The notes: a model not told the origin generated them from the letters alone. DNA of 64,000 nt from Lama guanicoe (GCA_013239625.1 MU054098.1:310001-374000); one strand, 5' to 3'; counted from the first letter of the stretch, positions 27,426 through 40,285 are shown. Translations and numbers: made by a program.

Positions 27426-28929
27426 GGATGAAATTTACCACATGAAACAACCAAAACTTGGACAACGTATATAGAACTGTGGCTTTCAAAATCAGTCAAC
27501 AAAAACAGGAATACTTGGGGTATGAGACACAAATGAAGTGAGACCTGCAAATGCTCAATCTTAGTGCTTTGAGAGAGTTTCCAGAAACTTCTTCAACTGG
27601 AAAAAAGAGGATCTATGAAACACCTACAGCTAACAATAAACCTGATGGTAGAAAAATTGGATTTTAGGATCTTAAGTGACCCAATTATCATTTGAGAGTT
27701 TCAGGTTTACAGAAAAAAAAAAACAACCCCACAGAATCTTATACTTAGGGTACACTGCCCCCCAGGCCCAGAGTCACTGCAATCACAGTCCCACAGAGAT
27801 GTATGTCCTATCCTTATTTGATTGAGAGAAACAAACAAACAAGCAAAAAACATAAACCTGTAACACCCATACTTTGCTATATACAATGATGAAGATTTGA
27901 AGCAAAATTTAAGGTAAACAAATATGATTAGACTTTGGTAGATGCCCAACTTGATTTTTCATCATTTCATTCCAACCTTCATTTTATACATAGGTTTTGG
28001 TCCACATGTTTCTATTTCATTCTGTTTAAGGAAATATAGAATCTAAACTCTTTTAGGATTTATATTTTCTCCTGAGGTTTTAATCTAGTTTGACATCATA
28101 ATTTCTTTAATAGGCTTTACTGAAATACCATTAACATCTGTGTTTCTCTGTCACAGGTACAGTCTGCTTAGAGGTAGCATGATAGTTGTCTAGATTTTCC
28201 TTTCAGGAATTTGGATTTTGCTTGAAAAGGCCTTATTTCATCATTCTCTCTCACATACTGCAAGAAAAGGAAGATAATTATATAAGACAAGCTTGCCCAA
28301 AAGGCATATGGCACATTTCCATGTTTATATATAAAGAGGAGACTTTCCAATGTAATATTAAAGAGGACTGAAAATTCTTCCTCAACTTTATGTTTTCTAA
28401 TTGGCCATAACAGTTTCAATAATTTTATGTGATGTTTTATTTACTTTCTTTAGCCAAGCTAAACTAGGCAAAATCCAGCAGTCTGTATCTTTTACATACT
28501 ACTCTAATAAGAAACCTCTTTAGGATTTTTAACAGACTTAGGCATGTGTGGCTTACACAAAGCAAAACATTTAAGATATATTTTTAAAGGAGGATTTGGA
28601 ACAGATATTTAAATGGATTTCATGATATCAGGTTAACATAGTAGAAACACAGAGGTCAAAATCTGGGATTGCATTGGAGACAGTAAGCAGGAATTGGAAT
28701 TGAATTACTAGATTATAGTGAAAACACAAAAGTTAGGAGAGGCAGAAACCTGGGGTGAGGCAATAAGGATGTAACTTCAACAGCAGCAGAGAGGAAAATG
28801 TCTATTAGTGCCGGTAGCACAATAATACAGGGGAATTTAAGAACTGCCATGTTGATAATTCATGGTTCACTCAGCACAGTGTTCTATTGGCAAAGTGAAC
28901 CTAGAAAAAAAAATAACCACAATAATATA

Positions 28930-29100
28930 TGATGTGTTTTCTGTGAATATCTCATGTAATCCTCACTACAATCCTGTGAGATAGCTAGTAATGTTATGAT
29001 CTCTGGTTTATAGATGAAAAAACCCTGAGACTCTGAGAGCTTAAATGACTTGTCTACCTTGCACCTTGTAAGTGTCATAGCAGGGATTCTAACCAAGCTA
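28930..29100 (-). mobile_element. MIR SINE
   Basis: taatcctcactacaatcctgtgagatag...tttatagatgaaaaaaccctgagactctgagagcttaaatgacttg. Confidence 0.7.
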
Positions 29101-29649
29101 GAACATTAAAGTGCTTGTTAACATCAACATTAAAGATTAGGTATGTAATAGCTTCTTTTAAGTAATAGTGATCACATATTTGTCCAAATCTCTTTTGAGT
29201 TAGCAAATATTAAGTTTGAGAATAATGAGTTTGTTAGGATTGGTTAAAGCAATGCAAAGGGTTATGTACAAGGGAAGAACCAAGGACAGACAGGGGAAGG
29301 AGGTTCAGAGATGTCATATAGAGTGTGCTATAAATTATGCTAAAATAAGTTAATGTATAGTCCTCTGAAGGTTCCATGCCAGAACAGGGATTTTGGAAGG
29401 GACTGAAGATCAAGTCACCAGAGAGATGACGGCCAAGTAAATTTCTCCTTCCCCCATATCCCTAATCATTTTAAGTGTACTTACTGGGTTTTCTCTGTCA
29501 GGACTTGTGCTGAGAGTGGAGTGGGCAGAAGTTCACATCACATTCCAGTGGCAGCTATGGAATAGTTCAGTATGATGTACATTAATATTTTTTAGGGTTT
29601 CTTTTACATGTCTTGATGATACTCAACATTTCATTGTTTTTCCCCCTGA

Positions 29650-30200
29650 GTTTAGTATTTAACTGAGCTGATATTTTCAGGAAACAAACTACAGAGACTC
29701 CCATGACTTTTTCCTGGAAACTGATCAGGATTAAAAAAAAATTCATATTATAGTTTGATATTAGTTAATCTTGAAGTTCATTGCCTTGTTCTAGATCCTG
29801 AGATAAAACATATCTCACTTCTGATTTTTTTATAAACTGGTAAGAACATCTTGTAGTCTATCCCAATAATCTTGACCTCTAATAGAAGAATTTAGAGCTT
29901 TGGGCTGTGCCTTTCCTTCCCTATATTACTTACAAATGTTAGGTAACGACCGATTTCCTTAGAATAGCTGTGACTATAAACTGGCCTAGAATTTTAAAAG
30001 TCCCCTCTAGAGTTCTTTTGAATACAAATCATATTTATAGTCAGCCAGTGCTTTATTTAATAGAAGCTGCATATTTTGTTCAAAATCCCTTGTTTTCCTT
30101 CTATAATCTATGGTATATGTCATCTAGTCCTGGTGATTTGTCAACAGGAATTTGTAAGTTTGACTTGAATAATGCTGAGTATTGTCTATAATTTAACCAA
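29650..30200 (-). mobile_element. Ancient CR1-clade (L3-like) LINE ORF2 fossil
   Basis: Minus-strand translation of 30139-30095 gives KSPGLDDIYHRL*KE (cf. CR1 KSPGPDGIHPRVLKE). 29993-29979 gives NSRPV (cf. NYRPV). Confidence 0.6.
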
Positions 30201-30414
30201 GTACCAATGTGTTCACGTCAGGAATAACATCGAAGTGGTAATCGTTGTAAAACATCTAGTATAAACTGAAACAAAAAAATTCATGCAATATGTCAGATAC
30301 CCTCTTTGCTTCAAATTATCAAGGAATTAACTGATTTCTCCCTTGGCTTCTTCCATTTTGTATATTGTTTTATCATTTTATTTTCTTTCATGAAGGGTAC
30401 AGGGACATAGTGGA

Positions 30415-30880
30415 GAAATTAACATTTATTGAGCACCTAATGCTATACTGTTACTTGCACAGAGAGTTGTTCATGGCACAGAGTAATCACTTGATAAATA
30501 TTTATTAAATGAATGAATGAGTGCCAGGTATTGTGGTGTTACTTTACATCTTATTTATTTACTGATCTGATTTATTCTTACAGCAATCCTATGTGAAGTA
30601 TATGGTATTTTTCTTCATCCATAAAATGGAAGAATAATAGTACCTATTTTACAGGATTCTTATGAGAATTGAATGACTTAATATATATAAAGCAATTGGA
30701 ACAATTGCTGGTAAATAGTAAGCACTATTTATATATTATTATTACTAAATATTATTGTTATTTTCCAGTGTTACTTATGAGGAAACTAAAGTACAGAACT
30801 CTTAAGTCACTTTTCTGAGTATTACGCCAGCAGTTAAGGGGTTGGAACAAATTTCTAAATTTCATGTTCTTTCTAAATCT
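30415..30880. mobile_element. Cluster of MIR and L2-end fragments
   Basis: aacatttattgagcacct; aaatgaatgaatga; cttcatccataaaatggaagaataatagtacc (MIR +); atgaggaaactaaagtacag (MIR -). Confidence 0.6.
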
Positions 30881-30889
30881 TTTACGTCC

Positions 30890-31215
30890 TGCTAAATTAA
30901 TCAAACAGGGAGACCATTAGACTGAGGTGGTGTAAATGCCCCGGCAGCCTACATAAGCAAACCAAAATCTAAGCCTATAAATGCTTCAAGGTTAGGAAAT
31001 CAAAATGCTAAGGACAACCAATCACGAACAGCCAGCTAGAATGTCAGCTATAGCCAAGCAATAATTTCCTTTCTTTGCTTCCTCACTTTCTCTATGTAAG
31101 TCTTTCCCTGGGTTCCTATTGGTGACCACTCTTTACTTCCTGTTTGGTGCTGCCCAATTCCAATAGATAAATGCTCAAATTCTGAAAATTTTAATATGCT
31201 TCAGTTTATTTAACA
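30890..31215 (+). mobile_element. Short solo LTR, same family as 7619-7943
   Basis: TG..CA termini, flanks gtcc/ttcc, CCAAT box (accaatcac near 31017-31025); reverse-complement homology to 7619-7943. Confidence 0.8.
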
Positions 31216-32809
31216 TTCCTTATGACCTTGGTGCTCTTGTCAAAGAGTTCCAGAATGGGTTATTTTGCCTGATTTTCATGTATACCTAGCCTACTTTGTA
31301 GGCTTCCCTTTTTTCCTACTTAGACTATTTTTTAAATTCTTTCAAAGATTACTTTCCTTCTTAAATCTGGTTGTACATGGCCTTTTTCACTTGACAGGTA
31401 TCCTGATCCTAAGGACATTTTTCCTGGAGTCCAATACATTGCATTAAAGAATTACAAACATTTTTATTGGCTAATTATTAAAATTTCCTTTCTTATTTCC
31501 CTCTAATGAATTTAGTTTACCTTCTCACCCCTCTTGATTCTGGAAATTCTCAATTGATACCTGATTTGATTTGCAATATAAGAAAGATGAGATATTAAGG
31601 TACAACATTCTTTCTGATACCAGTGGGTTTAAGTAATCTGGTTCACTTGCTAATTTACTGTGGAGTCTGATTTTCAGTTCTGTTCCTTCTGTGGGTCATG
31701 CACCTGACAAATGTAATTTCTTGCAACATAATTATTTTAGTTAACCTGTATCGTCATAAAGCAATTTAGATAAATTGTAATTCTTTCTGTATCTTTTTTT
31801 TTTCCAAAGTAGAGCTTATGGCAGATAAACTTTTGTGGAGATTTCTCCAAGGTAATCAGACTGTTGACAGATTGCTTAAACTGAAGTGGATGTAAAAGAG
31901 ATGCATAGGATATTCAAATTACTGATAGCTAAATATGCCCAGCATTCTGATAGTTTTCTTGTATAACTTTGCTATTAGTGAAAAAGATTTGAATAACTCT
32001 GAGTGGAGATAGAGAGGTGGCAGTGGCTTGAATGGTTGGGTTCAGGTTCTAAGAATGAACTCCTAAAATCCAAGATTGATTAGCTTCATATTCCCAGTGT
32101 TAAACCTTCAGAATTCCACCTAAAACCAAAACCTATATTTCAAAAATAAACTTTAAGGTTGTTTGATGATCAAAGAGTTCTCCATCAGCCATACTGACAT
32201 GATGAGAAGAAACTCAAGATATTTTGGAGGTCTTGGCATAACTTCAAAGACCGATAGAACAGAATGCAGAGAACTTTTCCAAGTTTTGGAAGGCAGCAGT
32301 TTGGCTGAGACCCACACACACTGAAACGAGAGGCTTCCTTGAAAACATTTAAAGTCTTTTTCCTATTTTGGAATTCTAAATTATGGGAAAATTCATATAT
32401 GCTTAAAACTGAATTCTGCACCACTTTTTCCTCCCCAAGTTTCTCTCCGTGTTAACACTGCTAAACGGTTCCTGAGGCATTTGCGGTAAGCATTTCAATC
32501 AGGTGGCTGATAGTCCCTCTAAATGCTGTTTCAATATATTCTGAAACGAATCCCTTTCATCTTTATCTAATATATTTGCCTTTGTTTTGCAGAACGCAAA
32601 AGGTGAAGCAATTTAGAGATTTGGGGACATATCGTCAAACAACCTATAGTTCAACTGGTGTCGCTTTGCAAGATTTTGGTACCCAAAGCAGCGGAACCGG
32701 GATTTAGCATCCTTCCTCTGATTCATACATTTCTCAAAGCAAGCGTTCTGCACGTTTGAACGTCGTCTCTTCTCTACCCACCACCTCCTCCCAGCCCCCC
32801 CCCCCGTTT

Positions 32810-32883
32810 NNNNNNNNNNNNNNNNNNNNNNNNNNNNNNNNNNNNNNNNNNNNNNNNNNNNNNNNNNNNNNNNNNNNNNNNNN
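32810..32883. other. Assembly gap (74 N)
   Basis: Run of N between a C-run and a GGN-repeat. Confidence 1.
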
Positions 32884-33181
32884 GGAGGTGGAAGCGGCGG
32901 TGGCGGTGGCGCGGCCGGCGGGGGAGGTGGCGGAGCCGGAGGGGGAGGCGGCGGCGGCGGCGGGACCCTGGTGGTGCCCATCCCGGTACCGACTCTTTTC
33001 GGTCAGCCGTTCCCCAACGGGCCGCAGTGGAACCCGGGGAGCCTGCAGCCTCAACACACCGTGAGGAGCCTGGACCGGGCCCTGGAGGAGGCGGGCAACT
33101 CCGGCATCCTGAGCCTCAGTGGTAGGAAACTCCGAGACTTCCCCGGCAGCGGCTACGACCTGACGGACACTACCCAAGCAG
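32884..33181 (+). CDS. LRCH2: LRCH2 coding exon 1 (5'-incomplete): poly-Gly N-terminus and start of the LRR region
   Basis: Translates GGGSGGGGGAAGGGGGGAGGGGGGGGGTLVVPIPVPTLFGQPFPNGPQWNPGSLQPQHTVRSLDRALEEAGNSGILSLSGRKLRDFPGSGYDLTDTTQA, recognised as the LRCH2 N-terminus. Donor CAG|GTGACA, phase 1. Confidence 0.95.
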
Positions 33182-34639
33182 GTGACAGGACGGGGAGGGG
33201 GAGGGGCAGCTGGGCTAAGTAGGGAGTGGTGGGGGAGTGGGTGGCTGCGTGGCTGCGTTGTTGGACTCTGCTGGCCCCGGCGGGTGCGCGGGGGCGGCGA
33301 GACTGACAAAGTCGCAGCAGCCAGTTCAGAATGTGTGGGGCAGGGAAGAGAATGGTGGGGGGCGGGAATGCCGAGTAAAGGATGTCTGAAAACCGGGTGG
33401 TTTGTGAGGGGTGAAAAAGCATTATTGTTAAAGCTAGTTTCCCCAGTAAGGGGTGGGGAGGGAGGTATTGACATCTTCCTGAATGCACTTCTTCCAACTC
33501 TCGTGGATGTTCCCATCTTTCCCGGAGGGAAAAAAAGAAGACAATACAGAACATCATAATCTTTACATATTCCTTAAAGGCATAGGTGCCTGCAAGAATG
33601 GTATATCCCTTTTCCTAGTACAGCAGCAGTATTGCCGCGGTTTTTTGTGTCTGTTGCCTTATTTTGTGTGTGTTTTAATCATCCTGGAATATTCTTGCCT
33701 TCTTACCACCTATGTCTTTAAAGACTGAGAATTTTCTTTTTCCTGATGTTGAGGAGGTAGTGGTGGCAGTGGTGGTTAAATTAGTATTGGCTGCAGTGGC
33801 AAATTAAATCATCAATCACTTATGTGTCTGGTTACTAAGGAAAAGAATCCTTGTCTTGAGATATGTTAGGGTCTTAATTTTTATAGCAGATACAGCCAAA
33901 AATTTTAAGGGCATTTTTGAGAGGAAAATTAACTCCATTCTGTTTGGAGTTGTGGGTTAATGGTTTATCATTTTGGATGAGAAATTGGCTATTGTAATGT
34001 TCTTGGTATACTCTCTGGTATTCTTTGTTTTGGATGGCATTTTTTGTTACAAACACACACTCTCCCCTCTTCCTTATAAGCCACTGCTGATTGTTTTAGA
34101 TGTGTTTTGGTTTGATGAAGAGTTTTTTGCTTTTCATAATCTTTAAGCGTGTTATTTATGTGCGTGTTTTCATATCCTTTGCTGTAAGAAATCTTGGACA
34201 AATTATTTTAATAGATTTAGTGATTTTGAAACAATTTAGTAAGTAAATTTGCTCATAATGAAAAGTAATAAAAGATGTTTTCAGAATAACACTATTTCAT
34301 TGTATTCTGTTTCTAGATATTAAATCAAGGTATGTGTTTGGATGAGTGTAGGCAGAGGAGGAAAACCTAAAATTGAAGCCTTCTATTCAGTTACTCTCTT
34401 AGGAATCATCCTAAGAACTATGAATGCGTAATTGATCAATGATTTTGTATTTTGGAAAGCATGTTTGAGTATTTACTCTGAACAGATTTCCTAAACAGTA
34501 TGTTCACATATTCTGGAAAGATATTATACTACTTGGTATGTTCTTCAAATGCTTTAAGAAAAATGGTTTCAGACTGCATCATTATAGGGATATATTGTTT
34601 TGTTTGTTGTTCCTTATAACCTATAAAGGTTATATCTGT

Positions 34640-35110
34640 AGGACAGAGTTTAAGCATCCTGTCCTGGCATTCAGGGCTTTCACTGTCTGACTTCAATTTA
34701 TTATTGCAGTGTTACCTCCTCAGATGCTCCTATGTAGAACCCTCTGTTCCAGCTACATCAAACCCCTGTCCCTCAAATGCATTTTGTGAATTTCTGCCTC
34801 ATTTTATAGGTCCTCCGTATGCTTGAGATCTCCTTCTTTTCTCCACCTATTTAATTTTGTTCAAGCTCCAGCTTTTCCAAGAAGCTGTCTCCAGCTCCCT
34901 TAGGCTACAGCAATCTCCTGTTTCTTTGAATTCCCATGGTACTTATTGTCTTTACTGCTTACCTGCTAGTGCTGGCTTTATTTTCTTTTTATATTTTGCT
35001 TGCCCTGAGAAGACGGAGAGCCCCTGAAAGGCAAGGAATAAGTCATATACTTGTTCAGTTTTCTCATTATACATTGCTTACATTGTACTTGATAATATTT
35101 TTCATAAATA
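34640..35110 (+). mobile_element. L2 fragment
   Basis: cctggcattcagggcttt, ttcaagctccagc, gagcccctgaaaggcaagga. Confidence 0.55.
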
Positions 35111-35416
35111 TGAATATCATCTTATGTGGTTATAACCTTTAGCTTTTAAGCCTTCAGTTGGCTTTTTTTAGGCAAGTTTTAACACAAACCAGAGCCATAT
35201 TTGCTCTTGGTAAACATTCATTCATCATAAACTTTATCAGTGTCTGCAGTTACACAGGATTTTTGAGATAATTCCACCTCCTTTTACCTTTTTTAAAGTT
35301 GAATGTGTGTTCCTTGTGAGAACACTTCAACATTTAAATGCGAAATCTGTGGGTGACTCATTCACCATTCATTTTTGACCAAATTCAGCCTTGAACTAGT
35401 TAGGGGCAATATTCTT

Positions 35417-35482
35417 TTTTTTTTTTAACTTTTTTTTATTGAGTTATAGTCATTTTACAGTGTTGTGCCAAATTCCAGTATA
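35417..35482 (-). mobile_element. Very short L1 3'-end insertion (66 bp)
   Basis: Poly-T tail plus attgagttatagtcattttacagtgttgtgccaaattccagta; perfect 16-bp TSD taggggcaatattctt (35401-35416 / 35483-35498). Confidence 0.9.
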
Positions 35483-35954
35483 TAGGGGCAATATTCTTGT
35501 TCGTAAAGAGACTAGTATCCATTGTATATAAATGAAGGTAGATACACTGAAACTGAGGGAAAATAGAGCATGTTTGAGATTAATACATACATACATATAT
35601 ACACACAAACATACAAATATGTATACACAATATATTCTCCGTTTGATGAAAACAGTTCTGTTTGTTAATATTGTTATACTTAATATGACTCTCAGTGGGA
35701 TGATGTTTCAGTATCAAACTGATTAGTTAGACGAGAATATAATGGTTTATTGGGTTGGGAAGAGGCTGGAGGAAGGGAAAATAAGTAGAAGCTATTTGTT
35801 AATCTAGGTGTGAGGTGGTGAGAATCTGGGTTAAAACAAAATGATATAAGAAGGGGGAATTGATAAATTTCAAAGGTAGTGGGAAGGCTTTTTGTATTGT
35901 TTTGCTGTTCCGTACATACACATAAGACGAAAAAACCATTGGTTTTCTGCCTTG

Positions 35955-36125
35955 TGTGCATGTTAAAGTCGTGAGGGATTTTTTTTTTTATTTAAACTAT
36001 GCCTGGGCCCCACCCTAGACCAATTAAATCAGAATCTCAAGGGCCAAGTGAGCTGCTGCTGCTTTTTTTTTTTTTTAAAGTATTCCTAGGCAATTCTAAT
36101 ATGCAGTCAGGGTTGAGAAACTCTA
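35955..36125. mobile_element. MER5-type DNA transposon
   Basis: gcctgggccccaccctagaccaattaaatcagaatctc ... attctaatatgcagtcagggttgagaaac. Confidence 0.7.
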
Positions 36126-37614
36126 GCTCATTTTTTAGGCACTGAAGAAATATTTATTGTTTGAGTGAATGAGGACATTGATAAAAGTTTAGTGACTAAC
36201 CTAAAGCCACTTGTCAAGAGGGTCAAAACCAAAGCTAAGAACTAAGTGTTCAAGTTCTAGTTCAGTATTTTTTTAATAGGCTTCTGTGAAGCAGAGACTT
36301 ATTTTTTTTCATCATATTATGTCTGTAGCGACTAGAAACTTACCAGGAAGATATAGTTTCTCCAGTTCCCTTCAGTAACGCTGGTTTACATTTAATACTG
36401 TTCAATCAATTTGCATTAAGAAAATAGTGCCCTTAAAACATGTAGCAGCAAAATCTTGTTTTCGTTATTAATAGTCGTCCAGTGAGGGAAAATGGATAAT
36501 AGGTAGCTGTTGGGCAAAGTTTATCTTTGGTATCTTTTTACCTCTCTTTGAATTTCTGGTGTGTGTTCTTCACCTGTCCCCTCTCTCCTGCTGCCTCTTT
36601 ATTTCTTTTTCCTTCTTCATCCTCATTCCCCTTCCTTTGCTGGGATGGGAGCAAAGCTAACTAATTATGGCAGCCTTTCCAGGCAATTAACATTTAAAAG
36701 GGAGAGTTTGCTAATTTACTTGAATCTCTAATTGGTGGTTTGTGCTCGTGACCTGTTTTGAATTGATATGCCTTCTAGATGTTTCTTGATTAAAATCCTC
36801 ACCCATATAAAGACATTAAAACATGGATCAGAAAGTTGGTAACCCATTTCAGGAAAGTAGCTGACTCTGGTTGTGATGTCTTGTCTTTCATGGTCTGTAG
36901 GTAGACTTGGCAGGACAAAGGGGAACTGCCTAGAACCTTTTAGTCTGTCTGATACTGTGATAATTTATTGACTTTAAGAGAGCGTGAAAATGATTTTAAT
37001 GGCTACCCCCAACAAAGTCCTGACTTTGTCACCAGTGCTACAAATAAGTCTCAGTCTACTTAGACCGCTGTTCTTTCTGCTTCTTCATACCTCTTTATGT
37101 CCGTAAACAATAGGTCTGTGAAACAGATTTAGGAATTCTTACATACATCAGATTGTGCTGTGCCCTGGTTAATCACATGTTTTCCTGTAAACCTGGAGTC
37201 AACTCTAGCATTTCCTACATGTGTTGTTTCACCTCTTCAACTGTGGGGCATGGTGCATTGTATCAGCTTGTAAAATGGAGCCAGATAAACTTCACAGCAT
37301 CTGATTTTGTTACATAGGTGAAGGCCATCTTAGTGCATTCAGTGGAATAAGCTTGTGATTTTGTGGCCTGATTCAAATATCTGTCTTGCTTCATGTGATA
37401 TCTTACTGAAAAACCAAATGTGAGGGATATTTTTGATGATTGACTCATTTTAATTGTTTTAGTTGAATTTGAGTTGCTGAATCTTGTAGTGATTTTATTC
37501 GGTGATGAATTCTTCTATAGCATAGATAGTTGGTTCTTAATTTCTTTCTTTTGCAAGTTCACATTTTAAAATAAAATGTCATCTTAAGTTGGAGGGTACA
37601 TTTCTCATTAAAAT

Positions 37615-37830
37615 AATACCATTTATATAACTCTTTATAAATTCTTATCACTTTCATATGTATTACCTTATTGTAGCCTAATAATAACCCTGTGAGCTTG
37701 ACAGAGTGCATAGTAATTACTCCTTGTTGTTGAGAGAGGTTGAGTGATTTGCCCGAAGTTAAATGGCTAGTATATAGCAGTGTGGGTCAGAAGCTAGGTT
37801 TTCCAACTCTAGCAGTGTTTCAGTGTTATT
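37615..37830 (-). mobile_element. MIR SINE
   Basis: ataaccctgtgag ... gagaggttgagtgatttgcccgaagtt. Confidence 0.6.
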
Positions 37831-40285
37831 TCCATTGTAATACTTTCTCTTCTAATAACAAAGCTATTATGAAAATAAACACTGCTAATAAATAGTTCAT
37901 TTAATCTGAAAGATGAATGCTTATTTAACTTCATAGATTATATAGTTTTTGTAGTGTAGTGTGTTTTGTTTTGTGCATGGTTGTTTGCATAACTTGTCTT
38001 CATGCCCCTCTGATGGTTTTAGTATAGATTCATTAAGCAAGCTTTTATTTAACTCCCACTTTGGAAACATGATTACAGTCAACAGGAAAGAGACATGTTT
38101 CTTTTTCTTGAAAGGTTTATAAAATAGGTGGATATGTATAGTACTATGTGCAACAGTTAGAAAAGAGCTATAATATATAACAATATTCAAAACTGTATAC
38201 ATTTATAAACTGTACAGATAAGTGATATGGAACTGTGGCATAAGACTTAATATTATTGGGGGTTAAGATAGTTTGAGTAAGTTTCCTGTAAAGTTAGGTA
38301 TTTGCTGAATCATGAGGTGAATGGTCAGTATAGGATCAGGTTATGATTATGCAGGAGGGACAGTTGCAGACTTTCAGGGGAGAAATTGTACAGATACAGA
38401 GTTAAGAATGGCACTGTGTGTTAAAGGCCGATGTTAACTGAAGGTTCACTCTTATTTTCTCAAACATACTTGGAGACTGAAAGGAGGGAGCTGGTGGAGA
38501 GTTCAGTGTTAGAATGCAAGAAGTGGAGGAAGGATCTTCATGGATGGGGGGAATTGTGGGGTGGGTAGGAGGGATGGGGAGCTGTTAGCAATGGGAGGGA
38601 GGAGTTACCTGACTTTTGCTAAGGTAAAGGGGACATCTAGGGACGTTAATGTCTTAAATTTTAATCTTAAAGATGTCAGGCAGTGTCATCTGGGAAAACA
38701 AGTTTGCCACCATAGATAGAGCAAAATGCTTTAAGGAGTCATTATGGAGAATAAGCCACAGTTTAGAATTATACTGTGTGATAAGCAGCTAAATTACAAA
38801 AATTTGCTTTTGAAAAATTTGAGCTTACCATGTTTTCTGAAAAAAAAATCATGTATACTGCATGACAGGTAAAAGAACAGAGTAGTTTATTGGAATATTT
38901 TAAAACTGGGGTTATAGAGACATTTTGCTTAAAGTTTAAAATTTAATATTTTGATTTAGATTATTTGTAATATACACTCTGAAGCACTTATTTATTATCA
39001 AAAGCATACAGATGGACAAAGTCTAGAACCTTATTGACAACACGAGAGATGATATTAGGGACACTTTTCACAAATAAAAGTAATTGAAGGCTTAGAGCCT
39101 ATTGATTTCCTGGGAGGTGGTGTTTAAGTTCCAAGGCATACAGTGAAACTTTGCAAAAGGGCATATCATCCTCCTAGCCCATCCCAGCAGCGCACTCTAA
39201 GGGATACTTAAACGGTGTGAGGCCCACCCCCATTGTACAGAGGCTGTTTATCATCATGACCTAGAAGGGGAAATATTTTAGTTTTCTCTACACTTTGTGG
39301 GTATTTGGGTACTTCTTGAAGCATTGTAGTACTCTTATAATCAGTTCTCTGAGCAGTTCCAGAAAGTTTTGTTTGCTTCCCTTTTACAGAAAAAATAAAC
39401 AAATGCAAAAACAAAACCCTATACTCCAGGGAACCATTTAATGTAATAAAAGAAACCTGTACAAGTGAGTTTTATAACAATAATTTGTATTTAGTCTGAC
39501 TTTAAGCTATATTTAGTCTGTTAAGGGTCTAACTGTTAATCTTTACATTTCTCCTGTTTCAAATAAATTATAAATTGATAGCATTCCACATACAGAACAC
39601 CAGTCAATGGACTGTTATGGATAACTAAATAATGGATGTTATCTAATATATTTTTTGATATGAAACTTTTTAAAAAAAGTTTTCTTTCCAAATAGGAAGG
39701 TAAGTCCTTCCCTGTTTGTGGACATTGTTAATCTGTGTACTCTTACAATTTGTGACAGAGAATGTTGTCACTTTTAAATTAATTACTTAAGTGTCTTTCA
39801 GTAGAATTTTATGCATTATATTAAGGATTCAAGATGACAAGAAACAAAAATAAAATAACTGTGCCATAAACTCTTATTTGAACTCTGTGGAAACTAACCA
39901 GTTCTAGAGTGTTTATGAATTTGGATTTCACTCAAAAATGGCTTTGTTAAATGATTATGTCCCTAAGAGACTAGAATGTATAGCCTAGAATTTTCCCTGT
40001 CTTAAAAAAAGTTATTACAATATGTAAATCCTTAATACTTCAAGCTAATTGGTTGGCATGTCTATGTCAATGGGAAATCAGTTACTTTTAAAGATATTTA
40101 TAAATTAAAAGTAGTAAATTGAACATAGGTAACTGTCTCCTTAACCTATCTTGATGAGTATGTAAGAATAGATTTGTTGTATCTATTTTATGTAAATGGA
40201 CAGGTGGTAAAGTTTCTGCCTTAGAGGAATTTATGATTTCATAGTGGTATAAAATTAGTACTCCTATCTATTAAATAGGCTAAGT

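Larger units (their letters stand above)
32620..33400. promoter_or_regulatory. LRCH2: CpG island / promoter and first exon region of LRCH2
   Basis: Abrupt rise in GC and CpG against a CpG-depleted AT-rich background, surrounding coding exon 1. Confidence 0.85.

Noticed and set aside
32971..33222. 83-aa ORF as a stand-alone gene starting at 32971
   Set aside because: The start is a GTG within an open frame that extends upstream into the gap, and the last 13 or so residues are intronic.
32613..33559. Overlapping ORFs across the CpG island (260 aa minus, poly-Pro minus, 102 aa and 125 aa plus)
   Set aside because: They are alternative-frame or antisense read-outs of GC-rich LRCH2 exon 1; several span the N gap. 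Only the 32884/32971 frame splices in frame to exon 2.
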